DNA of 64,000 nucleotides from an uncultured Bacilli bacterium (GCA_934183185.1 CAKPSO010000003.1:3215-67214), one strand, 5' to 3'; numbered from the stretch's first letter, positions 29,239 to 38,955 are shown. Numbers and translations: made by a program. Notes: a model not told the origin generated them from the sequence alone.

Positions 29239-29589
29239 TTAAATATTTATTAATCGAAAGGCACCAAGTTCATTACTACTACTTTCTATATTCTGAAAGG
29301 CTAAATTAATTTCTTTAGTAACTTTTCTATGTATAATGGAATCATATCCACATACTACTAATTTTCCATCATGCATAATAACATCAAAATAGTGATCCAT
29401 AATACTTTTAATACCGACTTCATCAATGGATGTTAGATTTTCCAGATTAATAACAAAGTAACGTATTCCTTGTTCATATATCATTCTATCTAATTCTTCA
29501 TTTAATTGTTTAGATGTTCTTTCACTAAGAATTCCTTCTAAACGCACAAACAACATACCACGTACAAACTCCATATTAATTTTGAACAT
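29239..29589 (-). CDS. spoIIAA: SpoIIAA-like STAS-domain anti-sigma-factor antagonist with Ser-to-Glu substitution at the phospho-site
   Basis: Aligns to B. subtilis SpoIIAA over VINLENLTSIDEVGIKSIM vs VLNLEDLSFMDSSGLGVIL, so phosphoserine S58 is replaced by E and S59 by V. Confidence 0.75.
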   Translation of the reverse strand: MFKINMEFVRGMLFVRLEGILSERTSKQLNEELDRMIYEQGIRYFVINLENLTSIDEVGIKSIMDHYFDVIMHDGKLVVCGYDSIIHRKVTKEINLAFQNIESSSNELGAFRLINI

Positions 29590-29648
29590 ATCTCACCTCT
29601 TGTTTTATGTATATTTAATATAGCTCTTTTTTAATAATTTTTATACAC

Positions 29649-29655
29649 TTTCGAC
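29649..29655 (-). promoter_or_regulatory. putative Spo0A box (TGTCGAA) upstream of spoIIAA
   Basis: Minus strand reads TGTCGAA about 60 nt upstream of the spoIIAA start. Confidence 0.35.
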
Positions 29656-29720
29656 AAAAGATGTCAAAACTTCCCATAGAAAAATAACTGAACATCAACT
29701 ATTCAGTTATTTATATTTAA

Positions 29721-31451
29721 TTATTCTACAACAAATGGATCAGAACTTGTGCCTATTCCAGAAGCTTTAACATTTGGTTTTATGTTTATTACAGGTCTAA
29801 CAGGACTAGGCATTATTAACAATTTGCTACCTGAAACATTATCTTGATTTCTATAAACGATCCAACCTCTACCATCAGTTTTATCAAAACCGCCTGGATT
29901 AATCATAAATGTATCAATATCACTATATAAATACCATGCAGACATTTTTTTATTTATGTAGCCACCAGCATATACTACTTCATCATATGAAATTAATCCA
30001 ATTTTTTTATATAAAATACCATGATTATTATCATCATTAGTACAAGTAAAATTTACAATATATTTATCATATACAGGTGCAATTATATTATTATATCTAT
30101 AAGTAGAGTTTGCTTTAACCTTCGCTTGTTCACAAAAAATGCCATCAGTTATATAAGAATCATAATTAACTAATTTTAAAGTATACCAATTTTCTAATTC
30201 TTTCAATAAGTTACTGTTAGAAAAATAAAATGTTTCATAATCCGATGTAGTATCCCAAGAATAGGCACTATTATCATTAATGCCTTCTTTCATAATAATT
30301 CTTATCGTTCCATCTTCATTTATTCTTACTATTCTCCACGTAAGCCCTGCAAATGATACATAATTATTTTCTACATTTCCTCTAAAATAATATGTTGGAT
30401 CTCCTGTATTAGTAGCAGTTGATTTATATAAGCCACTTGCATCTCTAGAATCCTCATAAGTAGTAGTTAATGTTGGTTCTGCATCTATTACTTCATATTT
30501 TTTTCCAAATATTGATACTTTCTCTGCCTGCTTTACTTTAATATTAATTTTGTATTCTTTAGTTACTGTTTGATCTGTACTAGTAATAGTTACTTTATAG
30601 ATATTATTACCACCTACTAGACTTACTTCACTATTATTTGATATTACTTGATTATCTTTTTCTATCTTTACATTAGCTAATGAATACTTAGGTACTATAT
30701 TTAACTTAGCTGTTGTATCACTATCTAACTCTACTTCATAGTTCCAGTCTTTATTTTCAACTTTAGTTAAACTGGTATCTCCTATAGTTATATTTTTTAT
30801 ATCAGTATTACTTCTTAATGCTTGTTCTTCTTCTGATATTACTTTAGCATTTGAATATACATTTACTGTTGCTGTAAAGGTTTGTCCTCCTATAACGCTT
30901 AAATCTGCATTTTCATCTAACCACATTTTTAATCTAAATGTCTTTAAATAATTATTAGTATTTCCTGCTACTTCTCCCTTGTAGATACTCTTTTCTACAT
31001 TATTTCCAACATCAGTAGTAGTTTGTACTAATTTACTATATAGGGTTGGTGTTAGTAATTCTGTTTGATCTATCCCATCTTGAAGATATACTTTTATATT
31101 ATCTTCACCCATAGTAGAAGTAGCTTTCTTTCTTAGTGTTACTTCATATGGTATTACTTCATTTCCTGTATTTGTTCCCTCTACTTTGAAATCAAATACA
31201 TTATTATCTCCTACTAATTCTTTACCCTTAGTATCTGATATTGGTTCTGCCTCAGTTATACTTATTCCATTACCATTAGTATTATTTTCTGTATACAAGA
31301 ACTTTAATGTACCAGTGGTAACTACATTATCTGTAGTTCCTTCTTTAGTATAAGTAAATACTGCATATGTTACTCCTATAGTTATTAAAAATAAACTTAA
31401 TATTCCTAATACTGAAAATAATATCTGTTTACTTTTATTCTTATCTTTCAT
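29721..31451 (-). CDS. secreted protein with SipW-cognate (TasA/camelysin-type) signal peptide, TasA-like N-domain and a C-terminal ~270 aa domain of unknown function
   Basis: LITIGVTYAVFTYTKEGTTDNVVTTGTLKF parallels TasA GGTWAAFNDIKSKDATFASGTLDL. The C-terminal domain (GLYKSTATNTGDPTYYFRGNVENNYVSFAGLTWRIVRINEDGTIRIIM...GIGTSSDPFVVE) is paralogous to both halves of 45984-47789. Confidence 0.6.
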   Translation of the reverse strand: MKDKNKSKQILFSVLGILSLFLITIGVTYAVFTYTKEGTTDNVVTTGTLKFLYTENNTNGNGISITEAEPISDTKGKELVGDNNVFDFKVEGTNTGNEVIPYEVTLRKKATSTMGEDNIKVYLQDGIDQTELLTPTLYSKLVQTTTDVGNNVEKSIYKGEVAGNTNNYLKTFRLKMWLDENADLSVIGGQTFTATVNVYSNAKVISEEEQALRSNTDIKNITIGDTSLTKVENKDWNYEVELDSDTTAKLNIVPKYSLANVKIEKDNQVISNNSEVSLVGGNNIYKVTITSTDQTVTKEYKINIKVKQAEKVSIFGKKYEVIDAEPTLTTTYEDSRDASGLYKSTATNTGDPTYYFRGNVENNYVSFAGLTWRIVRINEDGTIRIIMKEGINDNSAYSWDTTSDYETFYFSNSNLLKELENWYTLKLVNYDSYITDGIFCEQAKVKANSTYRYNNIIAPVYDKYIVNFTCTNDDNNHGILYKKIGLISYDEVVYAGGYINKKMSAWYLYSDIDTFMINPGGFDKTDGRGWIVYRNQDNVSGSKLLIMPSPVRPVINIKPNVKASGIGTSSDPFVVE

Positions 31452-31605
31452 TATAAAGAACCTCCTACTACCTATTCTTTACTAAATTATACAAATAATA
31501 CTATCTCTAGCCTCTACTTTATTTATAAATTTATTATACACGTTTTGCGTGTATAATTCAATACAAACTTTCCGTGTATGAGGGAATACCTTAGAGGTGT
31601 AGAAT

Positions 31606-31851
31606 ATGAATAGATTAAAAGATCTCAGAGAAGATAAAGACTTATTTCCAAAAGATATAGCTAAAATTTTAAACGTAACCCAACAACAATATTCTCGCTG
31701 TGAAACTGAAGAAAATCAACTATCATATGATGGATTAATTAAACTAGCATTATTCTACAAGACATCAATCGATTACATCTTAGGAATTACTGATATTAAA
31801 GAACCATATCCAAGACATTCTAAAAATAAAAGAACATTATCTAAAGTATAA
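31606..31851 (+). CDS. small XRE-family HTH regulator, divergent from TasA-signal protein gene
   Basis: LFPKDIAKILNVTQQQYSRCE HTH. C-terminal YKTSIDYILGITDIKEPYP shared with 47900-48124. Palindrome TATACACG-TTTTG-CGTGTATA in the shared promoter region. Confidence 0.7.
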   Translation: MNRLKDLREDKDLFPKDIAKILNVTQQQYSRCETEENQLSYDGLIKLALFYKTSIDYILGITDIKEPYPRHSKNKRTLSKV

Positions 31852-31867
31852 AAAAATAATAATAGAC

Positions 31868-34243
31868 TCAACACCTATCATTATTTTTTTTATTTTCTAA
31901 CCAATCTAAACCATCTAACACTAATTTATTTAATTTCTGAAATATATATAATGAACATATCAATAACACTACAAATATCAAACTAATTTGAAAATTAAGT
32001 GCTGAAATATTGAAAAACTTATATTGAAAAACAGAACAATAAATAAATCCTAATAATAGCATTATCCATAAAGTACGTCTAAACCAATTAAATGGCTGAC
32101 ATAAACGATATAAAAATATAAACCCTGTCATACCAGTTAAAAATACTACTAAACTAGAAACAACATCTTCATTTAAATTAAACCCATATTTAAATAACAT
32201 AATCATAATAACATTAAATACTACAGTAAGTGCAGCTGGTACACTTTTACTAACAACTTTAAGTAAAAAGTTACCCTTAACAATATCAGTATTTGGTTCA
32301 AGTGCTAATACAAATGATGGAATACCAATAGTAAATCCAGTAATTAACGTTAACTGTATTGGAATAAAAAAATATTTGCTAGATAAAAATACACATATTA
32401 GAATCAAAAAAACTGTAAATATAGTTTTTACTAATAATAAAGATGCACTTCTTTCAATATTATTAATAGTTCTTCTACCCTCTCCTACTATATGGGGCAT
32501 AGCTGAAAAATTAGAATCTAATAAAACAAGTTGACTAACATTACGACTAGCCTCCATACCACTAGCCATAGCTATACTACAATCAGCTTCTTTTAAAGCT
32601 AATACATCATTTACTCCATCACCTGTCATTGCAACTGTATGTCCATTAGCTTTTAATATCTCTATAATTCTTTTTTTCTGTATCGGAGTAACTCTACCAA
32701 ATATGTTATATTTCATAACAGCATCTTCTAACTGTTTATCATCTAAAGTACTAGCATCTATTCCATTAACATTTTCAAGTCCAGCTCTCTCTGCTATTTT
32801 AGATACAGTCCTATAATGGTCACCAGATATAATTTTTACTTCAACACCCTGTTTTTTAAAATACTCTAGTGTCACCTTAGCATCACTTCTTACTTTATCT
32901 TGAATCAAAATATAACCAACAACTTCTAAATGTAAAGGTCTTTCTTTAAGTAACTCTTTACTATAAGCAAGTACTAATACTCTATAATCATTTTGGTATA
33001 AAGCAATTTTATCTTTAACTTTATCTACTTCATCTCCTAAAACAAATTCTGGAGCTCCTAAATAATAAGTTCCGATTTCAATAAATGTAACCCCAGAAAA
33101 CTTACGTTGTGAAGAAAAAGGTAATATCTGCTGTGACACCCATTCTTTCTTTACACCACAATCTTCCTCTAAAGCTAAAGAAGTAGAATTACGTTCAGTT
33201 ATAGCACCAAGCATTTCTGCAATAATATTTTTCATTTCTTTTATATCATGCCCATTATCAGCAATAAGATTATTAACTTCCATCTTACCTTCAGTAATAG
33301 TTCCTGTTTTATCCAAACAAATAACGTCAACTCTAGCCAAAGTCTCAATACAATATAACTGCTGCACTAATACTTTATATTTAGATAATCTAATAACACT
33401 AACTGCCATAACTGAACTAGTAAGTAAAATTAATCCTTCAGGTATCATTCCTATTAATGCTGCAACTGTAGAAAATACAGAAGTATATATGTTATTAGTT
33501 ATACTATACTGATTATAGAAAAATAAAATACCTATTGGAACAATAAAGAAAGATATTATTTTTAATAATTTCTCAAAAGAATTTAATATTACCGAATTAC
33601 TTTTCTTATTATATTTAGCCCCACTTGATATTTGAGAAATATAATTATCACTACCAATATGTTCCACCCTAACATAACAATTACCACTAACTACAAAACT
33701 ACCAGATAACAAAGTATCTCCCTTTTTCTTTAATATTGGGTCTACTTCTCCTGTTAAAAAAGATTCATTTACTTCTATTTCTCCATCTAGCAAGGTAGAA
33801 TCTACTACTATTTGATTACCAGTTTCAAAATATAATACATCATCTAAAACAATTTCATTAATTTCTATTTTCTGCTGTTTACCATTACGAATAACTGTTA
33901 CTTTAGAAGATGCTAGTAATGATAATTTATCAATAACTTTCTTAGAAATAATTTCTTGTATCGTACTAATAATAGTATTACATATAATAACACCCATAAA
34001 CAAGCAATTTTTTAATGATTGAAAAATAGTACCTTGTATTACTCCAACCACAATAATAGCAGCACCTAATACTATGTTTAAAAAGTTAAAATATGTAAAA
34101 CAGTTATCTCTAATAATCTTAGGAATAGTTTTGGTAGTAGGCTGATTATCATAGTTAACCATTCCATTTTCTATTCTTTCATTTACCTGTTCTTCTGTTA
34201 ATCCTTCTTTAAAATATGGTTCGTATCTTTCAATTAATCCCAT
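31868..34243 (-). CDS. cation-transporting P-type ATPase (P2/P3-type, MgtA/Ca-ATPase-like)
   Basis: ICLDKTGTITEGK phosphorylation motif, MTGDGVNDVLALKEADCSIAM hinge, 10 TM. Confidence 0.9.
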   Translation of the reverse strand: MGLIERYEPYFKEGLTEEQVNERIENGMVNYDNQPTTKTIPKIIRDNCFTYFNFLNIVLGAAIIVVGVIQGTIFQSLKNCLFMGVIICNTIISTIQEIISKKVIDKLSLLASSKVTVIRNGKQQKIEINEIVLDDVLYFETGNQIVVDSTLLDGEIEVNESFLTGEVDPILKKKGDTLLSGSFVVSGNCYVRVEHIGSDNYISQISSGAKYNKKSNSVILNSFEKLLKIISFFIVPIGILFFYNQYSITNNIYTSVFSTVAALIGMIPEGLILLTSSVMAVSVIRLSKYKVLVQQLYCIETLARVDVICLDKTGTITEGKMEVNNLIADNGHDIKEMKNIIAEMLGAITERNSTSLALEEDCGVKKEWVSQQILPFSSQRKFSGVTFIEIGTYYLGAPEFVLGDEVDKVKDKIALYQNDYRVLVLAYSKELLKERPLHLEVVGYILIQDKVRSDAKVTLEYFKKQGVEVKIISGDHYRTVSKIAERAGLENVNGIDASTLDDKQLEDAVMKYNIFGRVTPIQKKRIIEILKANGHTVAMTGDGVNDVLALKEADCSIAMASGMEASRNVSQLVLLDSNFSAMPHIVGEGRRTINNIERSASLLLVKTIFTVFLILICVFLSSKYFFIPIQLTLITGFTIGIPSFVLALEPNTDIVKGNFLLKVVSKSVPAALTVVFNVIMIMLFKYGFNLNEDVVSSLVVFLTGMTGFIFLYRLCQPFNWFRRTLWIMLLLGFIYCSVFQYKFFNISALNFQISLIFVVLLICSLYIFQKLNKLVLDGLDWLENKKNNDRC

Positions 34244-34249
34244 AATAAC

Positions 34250-34565
34250 ACCACTCTCTAAAGTTATTATAACACGAGAAAAGATAGAATACTAAAAACT
34301 TAAAAAACTACAAGAAAAAAGTGTCAAATGACACTAATTTACTTATTAAAATAGTTTTATCTAAAGTATTTATATCTATCTTCTAGTTTAACCATTTTTT
34401 ACAATGTAGCCTTATAATAAGTTTCTGTTCGTTAGCCCTCGATTTTGTCCCACACTTCCTTTAGCCCCAATATCACTATTGATGCTTTGTGCTTCCCTAA
34501 CACTTCGTCGATACCTACGCGTGTATTGGACTTTCACCAACTAGATATATGCCATGCACGACATA
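34250..34565 (-). promoter_or_regulatory. structured 5' leader with intrinsic attenuator hairpin upstream of P-type ATPase (candidate metal-responsive riboswitch, class unassigned)
   Basis: Locally GC-enriched ~150 nt block (34420-34560) with GUUAGG...GGGCUAAC closing pair. Then AGUGUCAUUUGACACU hairpin plus UUUUUUCUU at 34312-34336, about 70 nt 5' of the ATG. Confidence 0.45.
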
Positions 34566-34566
34566 C

Positions 34567-34601
34567 CAAAAAAAGCTATTAACAATTACCATGTTAATAG
34601 C
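34567..34601 (-). terminator. rho-independent terminator after D-Ala-D-Ala carboxypeptidase gene
   Basis: AGCTATTAAC-9nt-GTTAATAGCT perfect 10-bp stem followed by T7 on minus. Confidence 0.75.
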
Positions 34602-34610
34602 TAATGATAT

Positions 34611-35762
34611 TTAAAAGCTAAGTCTGCCAACCACTATATCTCTTAAATTATCTCCTAATATTTGTAGAAAGTTTTTCTTACTTACATTTTTATTAACTAT
34701 AAGATCATATTTCCCTATCAAATTATTACCATCAAATACCTTTAGTTTGCCAACTACATCATTCTTTTTTAATGGTAAAGAAATTTTATCAAGTTCAACT
34801 TTTTGAGTATATTCTTTAGCTGCCTCATTCTTCTTTTTCAAAATAGAAATTTCTTCTTTAGTAACAATTTCAACTTTCCCACTATTACTACGTTCAACTT
34901 TTACCTTATCGACAACTTCATCTTTCTTTCTTAAAACAGATACCTCGTAAAGATTAAAGCCATAATCAAGTAAGGCTGTTGTTTCCTGATTTCTTACTTT
35001 ACTAACATCTTCCCCTAACACGATAGCTAATATTCGCATACCATTACGTTTACTAGTTACTGCCATACAGTACTTAGCAGCATCAGTAAACCCAGTTTTT
35101 AATCCATCAGCGCCCTCATAAAACCTAACCAATTTATTAGTATTAACTAACCAAAATTTATTAGGAGTATCAACTCTTAAATAATCTTCATATAAAGAAG
35201 AAAATTCAAATATCTGCTCATGCTTCATAAGTTCTCTAGCTATAATACTTAAATCATAAGCAGAAGAATAATGATTATCTTGATCTAATCCAGTAGGATT
35301 AACGAAATTAGTATTTTTAAGGCCTAATTCACGTACCTTATCCATCATCATCTTCACAAAATTATCTTCACTACCAGCAATTCTTTCAGCTAACGCAACT
35401 GTAGCATCATTAGCAGAAGCCATACTAATACCTTTCATCAGATCTCTAACCGTCATTTCTTCACCAGGTTGTAAGTATATTTGAGTACCACCATATCCAG
35501 AAGCATTACTACTTACTTTGATAACTTCATCCCACTTCAAAGTGCCTTTCTCAATACTTTCTAGAATTAATAATTGAGACATCATCTTAGTTAAAGAAGC
35601 AACTGCTACTCTATCGTTCATGTTTTTTTCAAATAATACAGTTCCAGTATTAACCTCCACTAAAATAGCATTTCTAGCATTTGTAGCTAATTTTTCTTCA
35701 GCTCTAACCCAAACAGGAACACTTAATAAAAAAATACTAAAAATAACAAATATTTTTTTCAC
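34611..35762 (-). CDS. serine-type D-alanyl-D-alanine carboxypeptidase (PBP5/DacF-like)
   Basis: Signal peptide, SLTKMM (SxxK), SANDA (SxN), KTGFT (KTG). Confidence 0.85.
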   Translation of the reverse strand: MKKIFVIFSIFLLSVPVWVRAEEKLATNARNAILVEVNTGTVLFEKNMNDRVAVASLTKMMSQLLILESIEKGTLKWDEVIKVSSNASGYGGTQIYLQPGEEMTVRDLMKGISMASANDATVALAERIAGSEDNFVKMMMDKVRELGLKNTNFVNPTGLDQDNHYSSAYDLSIIARELMKHEQIFEFSSLYEDYLRVDTPNKFWLVNTNKLVRFYEGADGLKTGFTDAAKYCMAVTSKRNGMRILAIVLGEDVSKVRNQETTALLDYGFNLYEVSVLRKKDEVVDKVKVERSNSGKVEIVTKEEISILKKKNEAAKEYTQKVELDKISLPLKKNDVVGKLKVFDGNNLIGKYDLIVNKNVSKKNFLQILGDNLRDIVVGRLSF

Positions 35763-35858
35763 TCTTTACACCTCACTTAAAAATATGCTAATAAAAAAAA
35801 GATATTAATATTTTGTAATAAGATAATAAAAAGATGATATTATTAAATAGGTGAGATT

Positions 35859-36677
35859 ATGAAAAAAGCAAATAAACTTATACTTATAATTATTATAATT
35901 ATATTAACCATAGGATGCAGTAAAGATAATAAGCCTACTATTAAAGAAAAAGAAATTAATAATAAAATAAATACTTCTATTTCTTACTATAAAAAAGAAA
36001 ACTATAATCGCTATTTAAATTATAAAAGTAAAAATAAAAATTTAAGTGATGAAGACATAATCACATATGTAAATATTGGACTAGATATGCCATACTACAC
36101 TAATACTAAAGAAACTCCAGACTTAAATAAAATTTATATCCTATCAAATAAATATTTATATATGCCTAGTACTTATACACCAGACAATTTAACTATTATC
36201 AATTCTGAGTACACAAATGGTACTAAAAAATTAGTTAGTTATGCCAAAGAAGCATTTGAAAAACTAGCAACTGATGCCAAAAAAGAAGGTTTTACTATTA
36301 GAGCCATTTCAGCCTACCGTTCCTATCAATACCAAGAAGTTTTATATAATAAATATGTAAGTCAAGATGGAGTAGAAAAAGCTGATACCTACTCTGCTAG
36401 ACCTGGATACTCTGAGCATCAAACTGGATTAGTAGTAGATGTAGATAACGGTATAATTGATTTTAATAAATTTGAAAGCACCAAAGAATTTACTTGGATG
36501 AGTGAAAATTCTTACAAATATGGATTTATTTTAAGATATCCAAAAGATAAAGAAAATATAACTGGATATACTTATGAAGCATGGCACTATCGCTATGTAG
36601 GGCCTGAAATAGCCACGAAAATAAAAAATTTAAATATTACTTTTGATGAATACTACACAAAATATATTAGTAATTAA
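35859..36677 (+). CDS. lipoprotein, M15B (VanY-type) D,D-carboxypeptidase
   Basis: Lipobox LTIGCS. RPGYSEHQTGLVVDV and EAWHYRY zinc-ligand motifs of VanY/M15. Confidence 0.8.
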   Translation: MKKANKLILIIIIIILTIGCSKDNKPTIKEKEINNKINTSISYYKKENYNRYLNYKSKNKNLSDEDIITYVNIGLDMPYYTNTKETPDLNKIYILSNKYLYMPSTYTPDNLTIINSEYTNGTKKLVSYAKEAFEKLATDAKKEGFTIRAISAYRSYQYQEVLYNKYVSQDGVEKADTYSARPGYSEHQTGLVVDVDNGIIDFNKFESTKEFTWMSENSYKYGFILRYPKDKENITGYTYEAWHYRYVGPEIATKIKNLNITFDEYYTKYISN

Positions 36678-36815
36678 AAAGAATATAGGATTGTCTCTAT
36701 ATTCTTTTACTATTTTCTAATTTTTCTTCAATTCTTGAACACTTAGCTGAAATTCTAAACAATGAATAATCAAAAATTAAAATTATTCCAATTAATATGT
36801 ATATCATTTCACACC

Positions 36816-38087
36816 TCATAATATTTCTTCATGTAAGAAAGACTCATCTTCTATGGTATAAAAATCAGTAATATCAATATCAACAGGCTTAGCATCTTCC
36901 TTTAAATATAATGTACATAATACATCACCAATATTAACATTATTACCAATTTTCTTCTTTAAGACTATCCCAACTGATGGATCGATTTTATCCTCTTTAG
37001 TAACTCTTCCACCACCTAAATCAAGTGATAGTTTACCAAAACGATATGCATCCATATCTATGATATGTCCACTCTTAGTAGAAGTTACATCCTGTTTATT
37101 CTTACTAACTCTTAAAGCATCAATATGCCCACCCTGGGCTTCAACCATCTCTAAAAATTTCTGTAGAGCACGCCCACTTTTTAGACTTTCATCTACTCTT
37201 CTAGCTGCTTCTTCTATTGAGATATCTAATCCAAGTTCTACCATTTTACTAGCTAAAGCTTTGCATAAGGCAACTAAATAATTATTTTCCTGATTAGATA
37301 AAATTTTCATTACCTCTAATACTTCTAAGGCATTCCCAATAGAAGTACCTAAAGGTACATCCATATAAGTTATCATCGTTTCTACATCACGATTATACTT
37401 TTTACCAATTAATTTCATAATCTTAGAAATTTTAACAGCATCCTCTTTAGTCTTTAATAAAGCACCCTCACCTACTTTAACATCTAAAACTATCTTTGAT
37501 GCTCCACTAGCAATCTTTTTACTCATAATACTAGAAGCAATTAAAGGGATAGATTCAACAGTACCTGTAACATCACGAAGTGCATAAACCTTTTTATCAA
37601 GTGGAGCTAAATCAGTAGTTTGACTGATAATCGCAAATCCTACAGTATTAAGTTGATTAATAAATTCCTCCGTAGTTAAATTAACTCTAAACCCAGGAAT
37701 ACTCTCAAGTTTATCAATAGTACCACCAGTATGCCCAAGACCTCTACCACTCATTTTAGGAACCTTTACTCCTAAAGAAGCTGCAATACTACCTACTACT
37801 AAAGTAGTCTTATCACCAACACCACCAGTAGAATGTTTATCTACAGTTACACCATTAACTGAACTTAAATCTAATATCTCACCACTCTTAATAAAAATAT
37901 CAGTTAATTCAAATATTTCTTCATTCTCCATTCCACGTAAGCATATTGCCATAAGTAATGAACTCATCTGATAATCTGGTATTTTGCCATTATAAAAGCC
38001 TAAAAAAGCATACTCTAACTCTTCTCTAGTTAATACCATACCAAGTCTTTTCTTATTAATAATATCCACTATTGTCACTATAGCCAC
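36816..38087 (-). CDS. pdp: pyrimidine-nucleoside (thymidine) phosphorylase
   Basis: VDKHSTGGVGDKTTLVVGSIAASLGVKVPKMSGRGLGHTGGTIDKLESIPGF. Confidence 0.9.
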   Translation of the reverse strand: MAIVTIVDIINKKRLGMVLTREELEYAFLGFYNGKIPDYQMSSLLMAICLRGMENEEIFELTDIFIKSGEILDLSSVNGVTVDKHSTGGVGDKTTLVVGSIAASLGVKVPKMSGRGLGHTGGTIDKLESIPGFRVNLTTEEFINQLNTVGFAIISQTTDLAPLDKKVYALRDVTGTVESIPLIASSIMSKKIASGASKIVLDVKVGEGALLKTKEDAVKISKIMKLIGKKYNRDVETMITYMDVPLGTSIGNALEVLEVMKILSNQENNYLVALCKALASKMVELGLDISIEEAARRVDESLKSGRALQKFLEMVEAQGGHIDALRVSKNKQDVTSTKSGHIIDMDAYRFGKLSLDLGGGRVTKEDKIDPSVGIVLKKKIGNNVNIGDVLCTLYLKEDAKPVDIDITDFYTIEDESFLHEEIL

Positions 38088-38164
38088 CTTCTATTCTAAA
38101 TATATTATACTAGATATTATTAAAAAATAATAGACCTAAAAAAAGATAACCATCAGGTTACCTC

Positions 38165-38521
38165 TTAACGTATTCTTCTTTCAATTAAATCAACCATTCT
38201 CTTTGGATCATCTAACATTTTTTCATACAAAGATTGATGATTGCGTAGTTCTTTGATTAATTGCATTTCATTCTTAGCTAAATTAATCCCATATTTTTCA
38301 TCATCACTAGCCACAACATATTCATCAGTACCTAAAAAGTAATTAATTTCTACATTTAATTCATTAGCTAAATCAATTAATGTATCTAACGTTGGGGTTC
38401 TTACACCACTTTCATAACATGAAATACTAGTCTTAGTTAAACCAACTCTGCTTGCAAGTTCTTGCTGAGTTAAATGATTTAACTTACGAACCTCACGAAG
38501 TCTACTTTTAAATAGTAACAT
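38165..38521 (-). CDS. XRE-family transcriptional regulator
   Basis: LTQQELASRVGLTKTSISCYESG HTH. 118 aa. Confidence 0.75.
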   Translation of the reverse strand: MLLFKSRLREVRKLNHLTQQELASRVGLTKTSISCYESGVRTPTLDTLIDLANELNVEINYFLGTDEYVVASDDEKYGINLAKNEMQLIKELRNHQSLYEKMLDDPKRMVDLIERRIR

Positions 38522-38607
38522 ATCGATTCCTCCTAGTTCAATATAGAACCAATTATAGAGAAATCATGTCGTATTTTGGGTTAAGTTAACTAGAAAGAAA
38601 CTTTGTA

Positions 38608-38955
38608 CTAATTATCATGTTTTTCGGGTTCTTCTTTAGATTTAGAAGATAAAAATGTTACTTTTTCAGCAACTACTTCTAAACGATTAACATTACCTGT
38701 CTCTTTTTCTACTATTCTAGATTGAAGTCTACCTTTTACTCCAACAATATCCCCTTTACCACAATACTCAACAGTAGAGGCAGCAACATTATCCCATAAA
38801 AGACAATCAATAAAATCAGTATCATATTCACCATTCATATTTTTAAAGCTACGAGGAACAGCTAACGTTATATAAGACATTCTCTTACCATTTTCTGATT
38901 CCCTTAACTCTGGCTTACGTACTAATCTTCCAACCAAAACCACCTGATTTAACAT
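38608..38955 (-). CDS. single-stranded DNA-binding protein-like OB-fold protein (no acidic tail)
   Basis: MLNQVVLVGRLVRKPELRESENGKRMSYITLAV... SSB OB-fold pattern. Lacks a DDDIPF-type C-terminus. Confidence 0.65.
   Translation of the reverse strand: MLNQVVLVGRLVRKPELRESENGKRMSYITLAVPRSFKNMNGEYDTDFIDCLLWDNVAASTVEYCGKGDIVGVKGRLQSRIVEKETGNVNRLEVVAEKVTFLSSKSKEEPEKHDN

Noticed and set aside
34420-34560. Calling the ATPase leader an M-box riboswitch outright
   Set aside because: Only the GUUAGG/CUAAC closing helix resembles the M-box. The element is roughly half the canonical length and the internal conserved segments are not recognisable by eye. Reported as an unassigned structured leader instead.
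37060-37281. Assorted 60-100 aa ORFs nested antisense in large genes (37060-37281, 45004-45234, 46109-46312, 47563-47868, 48671-49046, 49502-49732, 50223-50420, 58327-58545, 59189-59392, 59935-60126, 27531-27746, 26440-26640, 35620-35808, 53288-53515, 16387-16620, 22060-22257, 21153-21335)
   Set aside because: Each is embedded in or overlaps a confidently identified gene on the other strand. None has an RBS, and each has a low-complexity composition typical of spurious AT-rich ORFs.
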